NCBI GenBank assembly: GCA_937911265.1
Contig: CALDRG010000057.1
Span: forward strand, 19,025 to 83,024
DNA: 64,000 nucleotides
Reading direction: 5' to 3'
DNA from: an uncultured euryarchaeote
Lineage (GTDB): Archaea; Thermoplasmatota; Poseidoniia; Poseidoniales; Thalassarchaeaceae
Shown here: piece after piece, positions 9,496 through 19,713 of the stretch
How positions within the stretch are numbered: the first letter of the stretch is position 1
Layout of the letters: each line of letters begins with the position of its first letter
The notes under the pieces: generated by a model
Told to the model about the DNA's origin: nothing
Seen by the model: the letters and a program-made list of their open reading frames with translations, nothing else
Database searches by the model: none
Position numbers and translations under genes: made by a program

Positions 9496-10833
9496 TCCTT
9501 GACCGAACAGCAGAGATCCCCTATGGGAATATTGTTCCTCGTTGTCCTGGTCGACATGATCGGCTTCACCATAGTAATCCCATTCCTGACCTACTTTGTC
9601 CAGGATCTTGCTACCGCGGAAGGTGTCATGGATATTGGCAACCGCGATCTCTGGGTAGGCATCGTCATCGCCACATACTCTCTAGCCCAGTTCATCTTCA
9701 CTCCTGTGTTGGGGTCCCTCAGCGACAGGATGGGGCGCAGACCTATCCTGATGTTCGGACTGTTCTCAAACACTGTCTTCTTCACCGTTTTCGGCCTCTC
9801 TGAAAGTTTGGCCATGGCGCTCGTAGCACGCTTCCTAGCCGGCGCCGGTAACGGCAACATCGCCGTTGCCCGAGCCTACATCGGCGACATCAGCGAGCCT
9901 GAGATGATAGCGCGCAGGATGGGTATGATAGGAGCTGCCTTCGGACTAGGTTTCATGATAGGTCCGTTCATCGGAGGTGTCCTTTCTGATCCGGCCAACA
10001 GTATCGGGGCGCCGTTCGATGGACAGTTCTGGATAGACCACCCATACCTACTCCCGTGCGTGTTCTCTAGCGCTCTTTCACTGGCCTCACTGGCTCTCGC
10101 TGTTACTCGACTCCCTGAAACTCTGCCACCTGAGTCTCGAAGTCCCTCAGATGGCTCTCTGTTCAGCGGAATGGGTGGGATGATGACTAACATCGTCAAG
10201 GTCATGAAGTTCCCAACAGTATCTACATTGGTTTCGATCAACTTCCTATTCATGATGGGGTTTAGCATGATGCACGGGACATTCATCCTGTACACATCGA
10301 TGACTCCCAATGATGGCGGTCTTGGATGGAGCGAACTTGACAACGGCTGGATATTCGCCTTCATTGGACTACTGGGTGTTATCATCCAAGGAGGACTCAT
10401 CGGTCCGCTGACTGACAGGTTCAGCATGCCCCGTTTGATGATTGTAGGGACACTCCTGTGCGGTGCCGGTATAGCCAGTATTCCGTATGTCCAGCATGAT
10501 GTAAGTTGGCTGATTTTCGCATCATCCGCTGGTCTAGCGATAGGTAACGGGCTATTCTCGCCGACTCAGTCCTCGGTGCTGACCTTCGAGGCCAAATCAC
10601 GGGGTTACGAACTCGGTATGGTCATGGGAGCGCAGGAAGGCTTTGGTGCCTTAGCGCGCATCATCGGCCCGCTGTTTGCCGCCTACTTGTGGTCTCTTAC
10701 GGTTCAGGGAACAGGCCTATGGACCTATCACACCTGCTTCAGAGTAGCAGGAATCATATTCGTCCTAGCCATACTGCTACAACTCCGATTGAAATTGAAT
10801 GGCGAGTCTGTGAATGAGTCTAGAATGTTGTAG
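9493..10833 (+). CDS. MFS transporter (TetA/DHA1-like)
   Basis: Motif A GSLSDRMGRRP, ARFLAG, motif C GFMIGPFIGG, about 12 hydrophobic segments. Confidence 0.92.
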   Translation: MSLTEQQRSPMGILFLVVLVDMIGFTIVIPFLTYFVQDLATAEGVMDIGNRDLWVGIVIATYSLAQFIFTPVLGSLSDRMGRRPILMFGLFSNTVFFTVFGLSESLAMALVARFLAGAGNGNIAVARAYIGDISEPEMIARRMGMIGAAFGLGFMIGPFIGGVLSDPANSIGAPFDGQFWIDHPYLLPCVFSSALSLASLALAVTRLPETLPPESRSPSDGSLFSGMGGMMTNIVKVMKFPTVSTLVSINFLFMMGFSMMHGTFILYTSMTPNDGGLGWSELDNGWIFAFIGLLGVIIQGGLIGPLTDRFSMPRLMIVGTLLCGAGIASIPYVQHDVSWLIFASSAGLAIGNGLFSPTQSSVLTFEAKSRGYELGMVMGAQEGFGALARIIGPLFAAYLWSLTVQGTGLWTYHTCFRVAGIIFVLAILLQLRLKLNGESVNESRML

Positions 10834-10840
10834 TGATAGT

Positions 10841-11635
10841 ATGGCAGTTCCAGCAGCAATTGCTCACGGCGGTGCGGGCCCGGGACCTCCTAGGCAGGAA
10901 AATGTGGAGACCGCAATTGCTCGGGCGGCAAATATTCTTGAGGCCGGTGGCTCCGCTGTTGAGGCAGCAGTAGAGGCATGTGTAATACTGGAGGACGACC
11001 CTGTGTTCAACGCCGGTACCGGGGCTGTATACAGGACCGACGGTTCAGTTTTGCTGGACGCCTCATTGCATACCTCGGACGGTCGCATGGGATTCGTGAT
11101 AGCTATGCGAGACACGCCCAACCCGATACGAGTCGCAGCCGATTTGCTGGATGAGGAAATTAACGGACTAGCAGGCGACGGTGCAAGGGTCTGGGCAGAT
11201 TCCAAAGGTCATCTCAAGGCAGCCGTCGAAGGTAGACCCCCTCGTGTGGGGGCTGGAGATACTGTGGGCGTTATCGCTAGGGACTCTACTGGGACTCTGG
11301 CTTGTGCTACCAGCACGGGCGGGACCAGCTACCGTCCAGCAGGCCGGGTGGGAGATGTCTCACTTCCGGGCTCCGGATTCTGGGCCGGCCACGGCCTCGC
11401 AGTTGCCGCAACCGGGGTCGGTGAGGCTATTACCAGATCGCTGCTGAGTTACAGAGTCCATGACAAGATACTCTCGACTGAGTCGACTATAGAATCGGCG
11501 ATGCAGTGGGGTATCAATGAACTCATCGACGACGACGTATCCGTTGGCCTAATCTCCATTGCCTCGGAGGGCGAAGGGGTGGGTCATTCGAACACCGAAA
11601 TGCCATGGGCAGCATGGATGGGTGAGTCGCCCTAG
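10841..11635 (+). CDS. iaaA: Isoaspartyl peptidase / L-asparaginase type 2 (Ntn hydrolase)
   Basis: IAHGGAG, LEDDPVFNAG, autoproteolysis site GDTVG, ATSTGG, GRVGD, TGVGE. Confidence 0.9.
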   Translation: MAVPAAIAHGGAGPGPPRQENVETAIARAANILEAGGSAVEAAVEACVILEDDPVFNAGTGAVYRTDGSVLLDASLHTSDGRMGFVIAMRDTPNPIRVAADLLDEEINGLAGDGARVWADSKGHLKAAVEGRPPRVGAGDTVGVIARDSTGTLACATSTGGTSYRPAGRVGDVSLPGSGFWAGHGLAVAATGVGEAITRSLLSYRVHDKILSTESTIESAMQWGINELIDDDVSVGLISIASEGEGVGHSNTEMPWAAWMGESP

Positions 11636-11694
11636 GGAAGTTCCGGGGATGCGCTTAAGGGGCTCCCTCGGGTGGCCGCGTCAGAGGGATATGC

Positions 11695-11970
11695 GTGACC
11701 GACATCGAAGAAAGGATACAGCAGATTGCGCAGGTCCTCGGACAGCTCGATGACACACAGGTGCCCCGCAACATCAGGGCATCTGCGAAGGACGCGGTCG
11801 AGAAGTGGCTGCTCAACAAAGACAAGGAGATGGACCTCAGGCTGGGCATGACCGCATCGATCCTAGATGACATCTTCAACGATGCTAACCTGCCAATTCA
11901 CTTCGGCCCCCTGTGCCTACAGATTCAGACAGTTTTGGAGACTCTTCTGAACGAAGTTAGACACTCCTGA
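11695..11970 (+). CDS. UPF0147 family archaeal protein
   Basis: DDTQVPRNIRASA and DDIFNDANLP match the UPF0147 pattern as I recall it. Confidence 0.8.
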   Translation: MTDIEERIQQIAQVLGQLDDTQVPRNIRASAKDAVEKWLLNKDKEMDLRLGMTASILDDIFNDANLPIHFGPLCLQIQTVLETLLNEVRHS

Positions 11971-12012
11971 GCCTTGAAGTGCGCAACACCTGTCGCTTGT
12001 CCCCTGGCTCGT

Positions 12013-13128
12013 ATGAAGAACTGGACAAACCTCTCCTACGCCAATGTGGCGACTACCTCGCCCGCGGCACACAAGGCCTCCATGGAATGGTCTGATGCTC
12101 TTGCGCGCGGTGGTGCGGCAGAATTCGGTGGAGAGGCCGAGAAGAACGGAATGATGCCTCTACGCAGAGCCGCAGCAAGACTGCTTTCCAGCGAGGTCGC
12201 AGATGTTTGTGTGGGCTCAAGCGCGACCGAACTGCTATGCTCTCTGGCATGGGCGGTTTCCCCTCCAAGAGGTAGCAACATCGTATCCACCAGAGCTGCG
12301 TTCCCCTCCACGGTTTACCCTTGGAGCAGAGTGGCTGAGGCAAACGGTGCGGAAATAAGACTCGCGGATCATGATGAGGCACTCTATACCAATCCCGATA
12401 GCATCTTGGATTTGATAGACGATACCACCTCAGTGGTCACTTTGTCTCACGTCGAGTACTCCAATGGTCAGCGTTACGACCTCAGGAAGTTTGCAGATGC
12501 AGCACATTCGGTGGGGGCGTTGTTGGTAGTTGACGCGACCCAGTCGATGGGAATGGTACCAATCAATGCCGTCTTGTCGGGGGCCGATGCCATAGTGTCC
12601 TCTGGGTACAAATGGCTGCGCGGTACCTACGGCGCTGCAGTTGCTTACATTTCACCAGAAATCAGGGGTGACCTGAATCCCGGCCTACTGGGATTCCGAA
12701 GCCATGTTGACATTTGGGATCTCAGGGCCGACCGCATGGAGCTGCCAAAGGATGCCAGTCGATTCGAGTACACCACAATCCACTTCGGTGCAGCGCTCGG
12801 GCTTGCCGCTGCAGTGGAGGAGATTAACGAGATAGGGATTGAAGAGGTTTGGAAACACGACCTAACACTTGCCGACTCGGTCGTCGATGGTGCACTGCTC
12901 CTCGGTATCGAGGTGGCCTCGCCGCTCTCGGATTCAGAGCGCAGCGCCATTGTCAGTCTGAGGCTCCCGGAAGGGGTCAGCAGCGAGGTGATATCTCGCA
13001 GGCTTCAGGACGAATACTCCATCTTGGTAACTAGTCGAGCCGGACTGCTCAGAGTATCTCCTCACATTGATAACTCACAGGCAGATGTGCAGTCTCTGCT
13101 CGATGCGCTCAAGCATCTACTCTCATAG
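12013..13128 (+). CDS. PLP-dependent aminotransferase class V (kynureninase/lyase-like)
   Basis: YANVATTSP, VVDATQSMG, SSGYKWLRG (PLP Lys), RFEY, LRVSPH; no persulfide-forming HCA motif. Confidence 0.88.
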   Translation: MKNWTNLSYANVATTSPAAHKASMEWSDALARGGAAEFGGEAEKNGMMPLRRAAARLLSSEVADVCVGSSATELLCSLAWAVSPPRGSNIVSTRAAFPSTVYPWSRVAEANGAEIRLADHDEALYTNPDSILDLIDDTTSVVTLSHVEYSNGQRYDLRKFADAAHSVGALLVVDATQSMGMVPINAVLSGADAIVSSGYKWLRGTYGAAVAYISPEIRGDLNPGLLGFRSHVDIWDLRADRMELPKDASRFEYTTIHFGAALGLAAAVEEINEIGIEEVWKHDLTLADSVVDGALLLGIEVASPLSDSERSAIVSLRLPEGVSSEVISRRLQDEYSILVTSRAGLLRVSPHIDNSQADVQSLLDALKHLLS

Positions 13129-13743
13129 GTGCGGCAATAGAATCGCTCCTGCAATCACGAACATTATACAGGCAATTCCGAAATCTATGGTTCTCCAAGA
13201 CTCTGGCTTGTTCAGAACTCCGGAGAGACTCTTGGCGCCGTAACCGAGAGAGAAGAAGAATACGAACGAAGCAGTAGCAGCACCTATTCCGAACGCCAAA
13301 CGATCATCGCCGAAGTACCTGCTTGATGCGCCTCCAATTAGAAGCAGCGTGTCGATGTAGACGTGCGGGTTGAGGAAGGTAAATGCAAGAGCTGCTCCTA
13401 TAGTCGGCCCGAGTTCGCTTTCTCCCTCGCCCTCTACAGACATTCCAACCGGGCTCATCGCAGACCTGATACGCAGCAGACCATATCCAGTTAGGAACAC
13501 TGCCGCAGCAACGGCAATCCAGATCTCTGCTCCCTCGATGTCAGATAGCACTGAGCCCATTCCGAGCACTCCCGCTGCTATCAGACTGGCATCGGCAAGA
13601 GAGCAGACCAAGCATACGGCGAAGACATGCGAGCGGAGTAGGCCCTGCCGGAGGACGAACACATTTTGTGGGCCGAGAGCGAGTATGAGTCCTATGCTCA
13701 GAGCGAAGCCTTCGAGTCCTGCAGACCCGACACTCATGCTCAT
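13123..13743 (-). CDS. LysE/ArgO-family amino acid exporter
   Basis: [29 protein letters not shown]; start ATG 13743 overlaps the L40e stop. Confidence 0.92.
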   Translation of the reverse strand: MSMSVGSAGLEGFALSIGLILALGPQNVFVLRQGLLRSHVFAVCLVCSLADASLIAAGVLGMGSVLSDIEGAEIWIAVAAAVFLTGYGLLRIRSAMSPVGMSVEGEGESELGPTIGAALAFTFLNPHVYIDTLLLIGGASSRYFGDDRLAFGIGAATASFVFFFSLGYGAKSLSGVLNKPESWRTIDFGIACIMFVIAGAILLPHL

Positions 13744-13895
13744 GTCTTCCTGCGCTCGGAAGCCTTCATTCTCAGACCCGTGTATTTGCACTTACGGCAT
13801 GCTCTCGGCTTTCTCCCCCTGTGGGTCGCAGAGCAACGCATACATACCCACTTCTTGAGTAGACGAGCCTCTGCCTCGGGGTGCCTCTGAGCCAT
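13740..13895 (-). CDS. rpl40e: 50S ribosomal protein L40e
   Basis: 51 aa; CMRC...CRKC zinc finger, LRMK; start moved to ATG 13895. Confidence 0.92.
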   Translation of the reverse strand: MAQRHPEAEARLLKKWVCMRCSATHRGRKPRACRKCKYTGLRMKASERRKT

Positions 13896-14011
13896 GCAGT
13901 CCGGTCGACCTGACAACCCTTCATAATCGCTTCCCACCGTAAAATCTCTGAGATATGTGGATTGATTCCCGCCAAAGCATTCATCGGCAGTTCATACTGC
14001 CCGAGGCTACG

Positions 14012-15358
14012 GTGCCTGCTAGCGTCGTACTTGGAGCCCAGTGGGGTGATGAGGGAAAGGGCAAGGCCATAGATCAACTAGCCAACCATTCGACGTGGAC
14101 CGTCCGCTTCCAAGGAGGCAACAATGCTGGCCACACAATCGTACATGGCGACACCACTCTCAAACTCCATCAGATACCTTCGGGAATTTCTTACGAGCAC
14201 TGCAATCTCGTCCTTGGTGACGGCATGGTCATCGACCCCTGGGTCCTTGAGGAAGAACTCGACAAGTGGCATGACCTAACCGGCGAGAGGCCCGAGGGCA
14301 AGCGGTTGTTCATCAGTGAGAGAGCCTCAATCATCCTCCCCTTCCACAGGCTGTACGACAGTGCGGATCGCGTCGTTGGCACGACCGGTCGTGGCATCGG
14401 CCCGACCTATCGAGACCGCATAGAGAGAGTAGGCATCAGATTCGCTGACCTCGCTAATCTGGTAGCCAACGAAGAAGCAATTCAAACTCAGGCAGAACGG
14501 ATGAGTAAGCAACTCGAGACCGTAGGGGTGAGCGATGACATTGAGGTTGATGCCCTACAGTCAGACCTCAAGTGGATACTCGAGCGCTATTCGGATGCAA
14601 TTAGGCCAACTGGACTGATGATTGACATGGCCCTGAGGAACGAGGAGAGGGTACTGCTAGAGGGAGCGCAGGGAGCTATGCTTGACATAGATCAGGGCAC
14701 TTACCCCTTCGTTACCTCGTCTGTGACCAGCAGAGCTAACGCCACTCACGGTGCTGGAATCCACCCCGGGCATGTAGACCAGTGCTTCGGAATCACCAAG
14801 GCCTATACGACGAGGGTTGGCAACGGGCCGTTCCCTTCTGAACTCTCTCTTGAAGAGGGTCCCGGAATGCACATGGCGCAGGTGGGCAACGAGTACGGAA
14901 CCACCACAGGCCGACCGAGGCGTACCGGGTGGCTGGACATGGTGGCACTGCGTGAGAGCAATCGTATCAATGGCTACACCGGCTTGGTGGTCACTAAGTT
15001 GGACGTACTCGGGGGTCTTGACGAACTGAGGATATGCATTGGCTACGAGATGGACGACAGGACGCTCCATGTTATGCCGACCACCAGTGAAGACCTTGCG
15101 AGATGCACTCCGATATACGAGACTCATCCAGGATTCCCAGCGATTTCTATGGATGAGTGGATCGCTATGGCCGACGCTTCTAGGTCAGAGGACACTGGGT
15201 TCGACACCTTCCCAGAAGTCATCAGGAAGTACATCGCGCGGATTGAGTATCTAGCAGGAGTCCCCATCGTCAGTGTCGGAGTCGGCCCCGATCGTCACGC
15301 ATCGATCGCTAGCAAAGGAGGCCCGTTCGACTTCCCTGCGGATGAGGCAACCTTCTAA
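14012..15358 (+). CDS. purA: Adenylosuccinate synthetase
   Basis: GAQWGDEGKGK, GGNNAGHT, LEGAQG, TYPFVTSS, EYGTTTGRPRR, TKLDVL; GTG start at 14012. Confidence 0.97.
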   Translation: MPASVVLGAQWGDEGKGKAIDQLANHSTWTVRFQGGNNAGHTIVHGDTTLKLHQIPSGISYEHCNLVLGDGMVIDPWVLEEELDKWHDLTGERPEGKRLFISERASIILPFHRLYDSADRVVGTTGRGIGPTYRDRIERVGIRFADLANLVANEEAIQTQAERMSKQLETVGVSDDIEVDALQSDLKWILERYSDAIRPTGLMIDMALRNEERVLLEGAQGAMLDIDQGTYPFVTSSVTSRANATHGAGIHPGHVDQCFGITKAYTTRVGNGPFPSELSLEEGPGMHMAQVGNEYGTTTGRPRRTGWLDMVALRESNRINGYTGLVVTKLDVLGGLDELRICIGYEMDDRTLHVMPTTSEDLARCTPIYETHPGFPAISMDEWIAMADASRSEDTGFDTFPEVIRKYIARIEYLAGVPIVSVGVGPDRHASIASKGGPFDFPADEATF

Positions 15359-15373
15359 TCAGTCCACTTTGGC

Positions 15374-15670
15374 GTGCGCCGTATGGGATTCAAGGCCAAC
15401 GCACGTAAGAAGCGTAATACAGCGTCAGCCACCGCTGGCCCCGGGAAGAAGGAAGACGAGGAATACGTAGGCGAAATCAAGTGCGATGTTGCAGGATGCG
15501 AAAACTGGTCAGACAAGAAGGTCGGCGGTCGAAAATTAGCCTTCGACAGAGCAGTTGACGTCTGGGGTGAGTCAGGACTCACCAAGGACTCGAAGCGAGT
15601 CACAATATGCAAGTCGTGCTACAGGTCATGGAAGAAGGCAAAGAAGGACGAGCCTACCGAGTGGACATAG
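15374..15670 (+). CDS. Small basic Zn-binding hypothetical protein
   Basis: CDVAGC and CKSC cysteine pairs, Lys-rich ends; same strand and 15 bp after purA. Confidence 0.65.
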   Translation: MRRMGFKANARKKRNTASATAGPGKKEDEEYVGEIKCDVAGCENWSDKKVGGRKLAFDRAVDVWGESGLTKDSKRVTICKSCYRSWKKAKKDEPTEWT

Positions 15671-15803
15671 TGAACTGAGGGGAAAAAGAATTGGTGGGAG
15701 AAAAAATCCTAGGATTCTTCTGAATTCTTAATCGTAATAATGTTAGATGGAATCTTAGAGTGGGATTCGCAATCATCAAAGCCAACTTGATTGACCCGCA
15801 GCC
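15671..15803. promoter_or_regulatory. AT-rich intergenic region with 12-bp palindrome upstream of the P5C dehydrogenase operon
   Basis: Visibly more AT-rich than the flanking CDS; AATCCTAGGATT at 15705-15716. Confidence 0.4.
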
Positions 15804-17423
15804 ATGGCGGGACATCCCGATAACGAACCGATTCTCGGATACGCTCCCGGCTCCGAGGAGAGGGCGCTGCTACATGCAGAGATGGACCGGCAGATGAGCG
15901 AGGTTATTGAGATACCATGCATCATCAATGGCGAGGAGGTCTATACCGAGGTCACCGCCACTCAGGTCATCCCTCATGATCACGGGCACATCATCGCAAA
16001 TGTGCATCTGGCAGGAAGGGCCGAGATGGAAGCTGCCTGCGACGCGGCAGTACAGGCCCAACAGGACTGGATTGAACTCGGACTTGAGGGCCGTTGTGCC
16101 GTGTTCGAGCGCTGTGCAGAATTACTGGCAGGCGACTGGCGCATGAGAGTCAACGCAGCGACGATGCTGAACCAGTCCAAGACAGCCTTCCAAGCGGAGG
16201 TAGACGCGGTTTGCGAACTCATCGACTTCTGGCGCTTCAACTGCCACTACGCGCGCAGCTTCCACGATGACTTCCAGCCACTCATCTCTCCTGAGGGCGT
16301 CCAGAACTCGACTGAGATTAGACCTCTCGAAGGCTTTGTTCTTGCAATCACACCCTTCAATTTCACCAGCATCGCTGGAAATCTACCCAGTGCGCCAGCG
16401 ATAGTTGGCTGCACCGCAGTATGGAAACCAAGCCGGAATTCATACCACTCAAACTACGTCCTGATGCAGCTGATGATGGAGGCAGGCCTGCCGGCCGGAG
16501 TCATCAACTTCCTGCCCGGATCGGGCGCCGAAATCACCGAAATCGCTCTGGCAAATCCTGATTTCGCCGGACTTCATTTCACCGGATCGACTGCCACCTT
16601 CCAGGGACTGTGGCAAGAAATTGGTCTAGCCCTTCCCAATCTTCGGTCATACCCTCGGATAGTCGGCGAGACTGGAGGCAAGGACTTCGTTGTCGCTCAC
16701 CCCGACTGTGACCGCCAGGGTCTACTTGTCGCGCTTCTACGTGGGGCTTTCGAGTTCCAGGGACAGAAGTGCAGCGCAGCCAGTCGCGCCTACATCCCAC
16801 AATCCGTCTGGAACGCCATCTCGGATGACCTGTGTGCAGAGATTGGCAAGATTAAGATAGGCGATGCGAGAGATTTCACGAACTTCATGACCGCTGTGAT
16901 AGACCAGCGCGCCTTTGACAAGATTACAGGCTACATCGAGCGCTCCCGGGGTCGCGACTGCTGCCAGATTATCGTCGGAGGTGGCTCGGATGACAGCACG
17001 GGATGGTTCATTGAGCCGACAATCATCGTCACCACCAACTCGACCTCGGAGACCATGGTCGAGGAGATATTCGGACCGGTACTCACCGTGTTCGTGTACG
17101 ACGACGATGACTTCGATAACGTCCTGAAGATGTGCGACGAGGCATCCCCGTACGCCCTCACTGGCTCGATTTTCTCCAGTGACGAGTCCAATATACAGAA
17201 GGCGTTCAACGCTCTTCGCTTCACAGCCGGGAACTTCTACATCAACGACAAGCCGACCGGGGCAGTCGTCGGCCAGCAGCCGTTCGGCGGGGCACGGGCC
17301 AGCGGCACCAATGACAAGGCAGGCGGTCCTCTGAACCTGCTCCGCTGGATTAGCCCACGCTCAGTAAAGCGTGCAATCGATATCCCACAGGACTGGAGTT
17401 ACCCGTTCATGGGTGAGGATTGA
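15804..17423 (+). CDS. pruA: L-glutamate gamma-semialdehyde (1-pyrroline-5-carboxylate) dehydrogenase
   Basis: NEPILGY, TPFNFTSIAGNL, FTGST, GETGGKDF, FEFQGQKCSA catalytic Cys, EEIFGP, GTNDKAG. Confidence 0.95.
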   Translation: MAGHPDNEPILGYAPGSEERALLHAEMDRQMSEVIEIPCIINGEEVYTEVTATQVIPHDHGHIIANVHLAGRAEMEAACDAAVQAQQDWIELGLEGRCAVFERCAELLAGDWRMRVNAATMLNQSKTAFQAEVDAVCELIDFWRFNCHYARSFHDDFQPLISPEGVQNSTEIRPLEGFVLAITPFNFTSIAGNLPSAPAIVGCTAVWKPSRNSYHSNYVLMQLMMEAGLPAGVINFLPGSGAEITEIALANPDFAGLHFTGSTATFQGLWQEIGLALPNLRSYPRIVGETGGKDFVVAHPDCDRQGLLVALLRGAFEFQGQKCSAASRAYIPQSVWNAISDDLCAEIGKIKIGDARDFTNFMTAVIDQRAFDKITGYIERSRGRDCCQIIVGGGSDDSTGWFIEPTIIVTTNSTSETMVEEIFGPVLTVFVYDDDDFDNVLKMCDEASPYALTGSIFSSDESNIQKAFNALRFTAGNFYINDKPTGAVVGQQPFGGARASGTNDKAGGPLNLLRWISPRSVKRAIDIPQDWSYPFMGED

Positions 17424-18898
17424 TGGACACACTATTCTCCTACGCACTGCTGCTAGGAACTCTTGGCATTTTCGCCTATGTCGCCTACAAGGCTGCAACG
17501 GATTATGAGATCGACGATGATACCTATCTTTCAGCCCGAGGCACTCAGGGCTGGCAGAGGATCGGCCTGAGCCTCTTCGCTTCTGGAATGGGAGTCTGGG
17601 TGTTACTAGGGCCTTCAGAGGTCGCATACTACGGCGGCTTCTGGGACGTGATGGGGTACGCAGTCTCCTCCTCGACACCGTTCCTACTTCTTGCTTATGT
17701 GGGGCCTAAGATCAGAGACAGCCTGCCAGACGGGGTCACCTTGGCAGACTATGTCAGATTACGTTTGGGAAGAAGAATGCAGATCTATGTGGGTCTGATT
17801 TCTATTCTCTACATGTTCACCTTCCTATTCGCAGAATTCACCGCCATCGGCAAGGTAATGGATGAATTGGTAGGCATCAAGCCGCTAATCCCAATGATTC
17901 TGGTCGGGGTCGTCACTGCAGCCTACACCGCGTACGGTGGTCTACCAGCCTCTTTGGCCACTGACAGGGTTCAGGCCTTGGCTATCGCCCTGCTCGTCAC
18001 AACTCTACTACTCTTCTTGTTCGGAGCCGACATGGGGCAGCTGATCGATGACGCCAAGGCATACAATCCCGATGGGTTCGACGCGACTTGGTCTCACGGT
18101 AGCATGAGCTACATGGGCTCGTTAAAGTCGGGACTGGCCTTGGTAGTCGCCATTACCGCCGCAGAGATGTTCTCTCAGGGTAATTGGCAGCGAGCCTACG
18201 CCTCAGAGGATGACGAAGCCCTACAGAGAGGGGCTCTCCTAGCTGCAGTCATGGTCTTCCCCCTAGTTTTCGTGATGGGCATCTTAGGTACTGTGGCTGC
18301 TGGCCAGGGGGGTGTGTCCGACCCATCCATTGCTTTCTTCTACCTAGTTGATGGCACTAGCAGCTTGATTGTAGCCGCCTTCATTGTTCTGGTAGTCTCA
18401 CTGGTATGCTCGAGTACCGACACACTGCAGAACGCCATAGTAGCGTCTGTGTCCAGGGATATTACGGACGGGAGGATGAGTATCGTATATTCGCGGATTG
18501 TTACAGTGGCTATGATTCCGCTGGCAATATATCTTGCAACAGGGCCTACAATACTCGGATTCCAGTTCAACGCCTGGAGCGTATTCGGAATCTTCCTGTT
18601 CGCAGACATGTTAGCCGCAGCAACGGTTGCCCCGATCCTATTGACCCTCTGGGGAGGGGTGTCATCGAGAGGTGCCTTACTCGGATGCTTGGCGGGTCTG
18701 GCATCGGTAGCAGTGTACGGGATGATTGAACCTCCTGCGGACTCCCAGTTCTACATGTACCTGATTCATCCAACAGGGGGCGCAATTCCTGCATCCGATG
18801 GTGGTCTGACGAACTTGTGGCCATTCGTCTCAGCCATCATCGGCTCGGCCACAGTAACGGTGGCAGGCTCATATGCTCTGCCTGACGAAGTCGAGTGA
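17420..18898 (+). CDS. Sodium:solute symporter family transporter
   Basis: About 13 hydrophobic segments; SLFASGMG, YTAYGGLPASLATD, QGNWQR, SSTDT; overlaps the pruA stop. Confidence 0.88.
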   Translation: MMDTLFSYALLLGTLGIFAYVAYKAATDYEIDDDTYLSARGTQGWQRIGLSLFASGMGVWVLLGPSEVAYYGGFWDVMGYAVSSSTPFLLLAYVGPKIRDSLPDGVTLADYVRLRLGRRMQIYVGLISILYMFTFLFAEFTAIGKVMDELVGIKPLIPMILVGVVTAAYTAYGGLPASLATDRVQALAIALLVTTLLLFLFGADMGQLIDDAKAYNPDGFDATWSHGSMSYMGSLKSGLALVVAITAAEMFSQGNWQRAYASEDDEALQRGALLAAVMVFPLVFVMGILGTVAAGQGGVSDPSIAFFYLVDGTSSLIVAAFIVLVVSLVCSSTDTLQNAIVASVSRDITDGRMSIVYSRIVTVAMIPLAIYLATGPTILGFQFNAWSVFGIFLFADMLAAATVAPILLTLWGGVSSRGALLGCLAGLASVAVYGMIEPPADSQFYMYLIHPTGGAIPASDGGLTNLWPFVSAIIGSATVTVAGSYALPDEVE

Positions 18899-19713
18899 TT
18901 CATTTGCCCTACTCACATCGGGGCCTCATGGATGAGTCGCCCCCCACTCGCATTCACTCTCTTGTGATGCCTTGGAGGGGGTTCTGGCGTTCGACGTGGT
19001 CACGCCGTGAGATGATGGGCGGATACTGGTTCCCAATCGAGATGTTCCTCTTCGGCATGCTGTGCGTCGCTGTCCCCTACTTCGGCTCAAACAACATCGC
19101 AGAACATTACCTCAGTACGGTTTGGGACCCGGAGATTTGGCTGGACCGCGAGATTCCCGTAGTCAACTGGATGATTGTCCCATATGCTGCTCTATACCTG
19201 TTCTATCCTGCCACGCTCATAATCAGTCCTAGGGACGATAGGGGAAGGGCTGAACTGATTCTGGCAATGCAAGGACTAATCCTCGTTACTCTTTTCTGCA
19301 CCTTCTTCTTCCTTTTCTTCCCGGCTGAGATTGACCTAAGAGATCAACTTGATTTGGATTCTCTAAGTGGAATTGAAACCTCTTTGTTCAGTTTTATTCA
19401 CTTCTCTGATAATCCTTGGAACGCATGGCCGAGCCTGCACATAGTCCACTCTTACCTGCTTGCTAGACTGATGACTTTCTGGGTCAATCGAGAACATGGG
19501 GAAAAGCCTCTCGCAAAGGTCTTCCTGGTCTTGCTGTGGGTTGAGTATGTGCTGTTGTGCGTAAGTATCCTGACGACCAAGCAGCACTATCTGTTCGATC
19601 TGGCAACCGGGCTTGCCACGGCCATGCTGGTGTGGAAACTGTTCGAGTATGCGCTGGGGCTCGCAGAGCGCCAGTCACCTGGGCAGATTGCAGAGGACGC
19701 CGGATGGGCCTGA
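18895..19713 (+). CDS. PAP2-superfamily membrane protein (AUR1/IPC-synthase-like, PAP2_3)
   Basis: PWNAWPSLH and TTKQHYLFDLATG catalytic His/Asp motifs; six hydrophobic segments. Confidence 0.75.
   Translation: MIHLPYSHRGLMDESPPTRIHSLVMPWRGFWRSTWSRREMMGGYWFPIEMFLFGMLCVAVPYFGSNNIAEHYLSTVWDPEIWLDREIPVVNWMIVPYAALYLFYPATLIISPRDDRGRAELILAMQGLILVTLFCTFFFLFFPAEIDLRDQLDLDSLSGIETSLFSFIHFSDNPWNAWPSLHIVHSYLLARLMTFWVNREHGEKPLAKVFLVLLWVEYVLLCVSILTTKQHYLFDLATGLATAMLVWKLFEYALGLAERQSPGQIAEDAGWA

Noticed and set aside
12013-13128. Second cysteine desulfurase
   Set aside because: No persulfide Cys motif (RxGxHC); kept as a generic class V PLP enzyme.
15671-15803. AT-rich intergenic region as a replication origin
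   Set aside because: No ORB-like repeats recognised and no orc1/cdc6 nearby.
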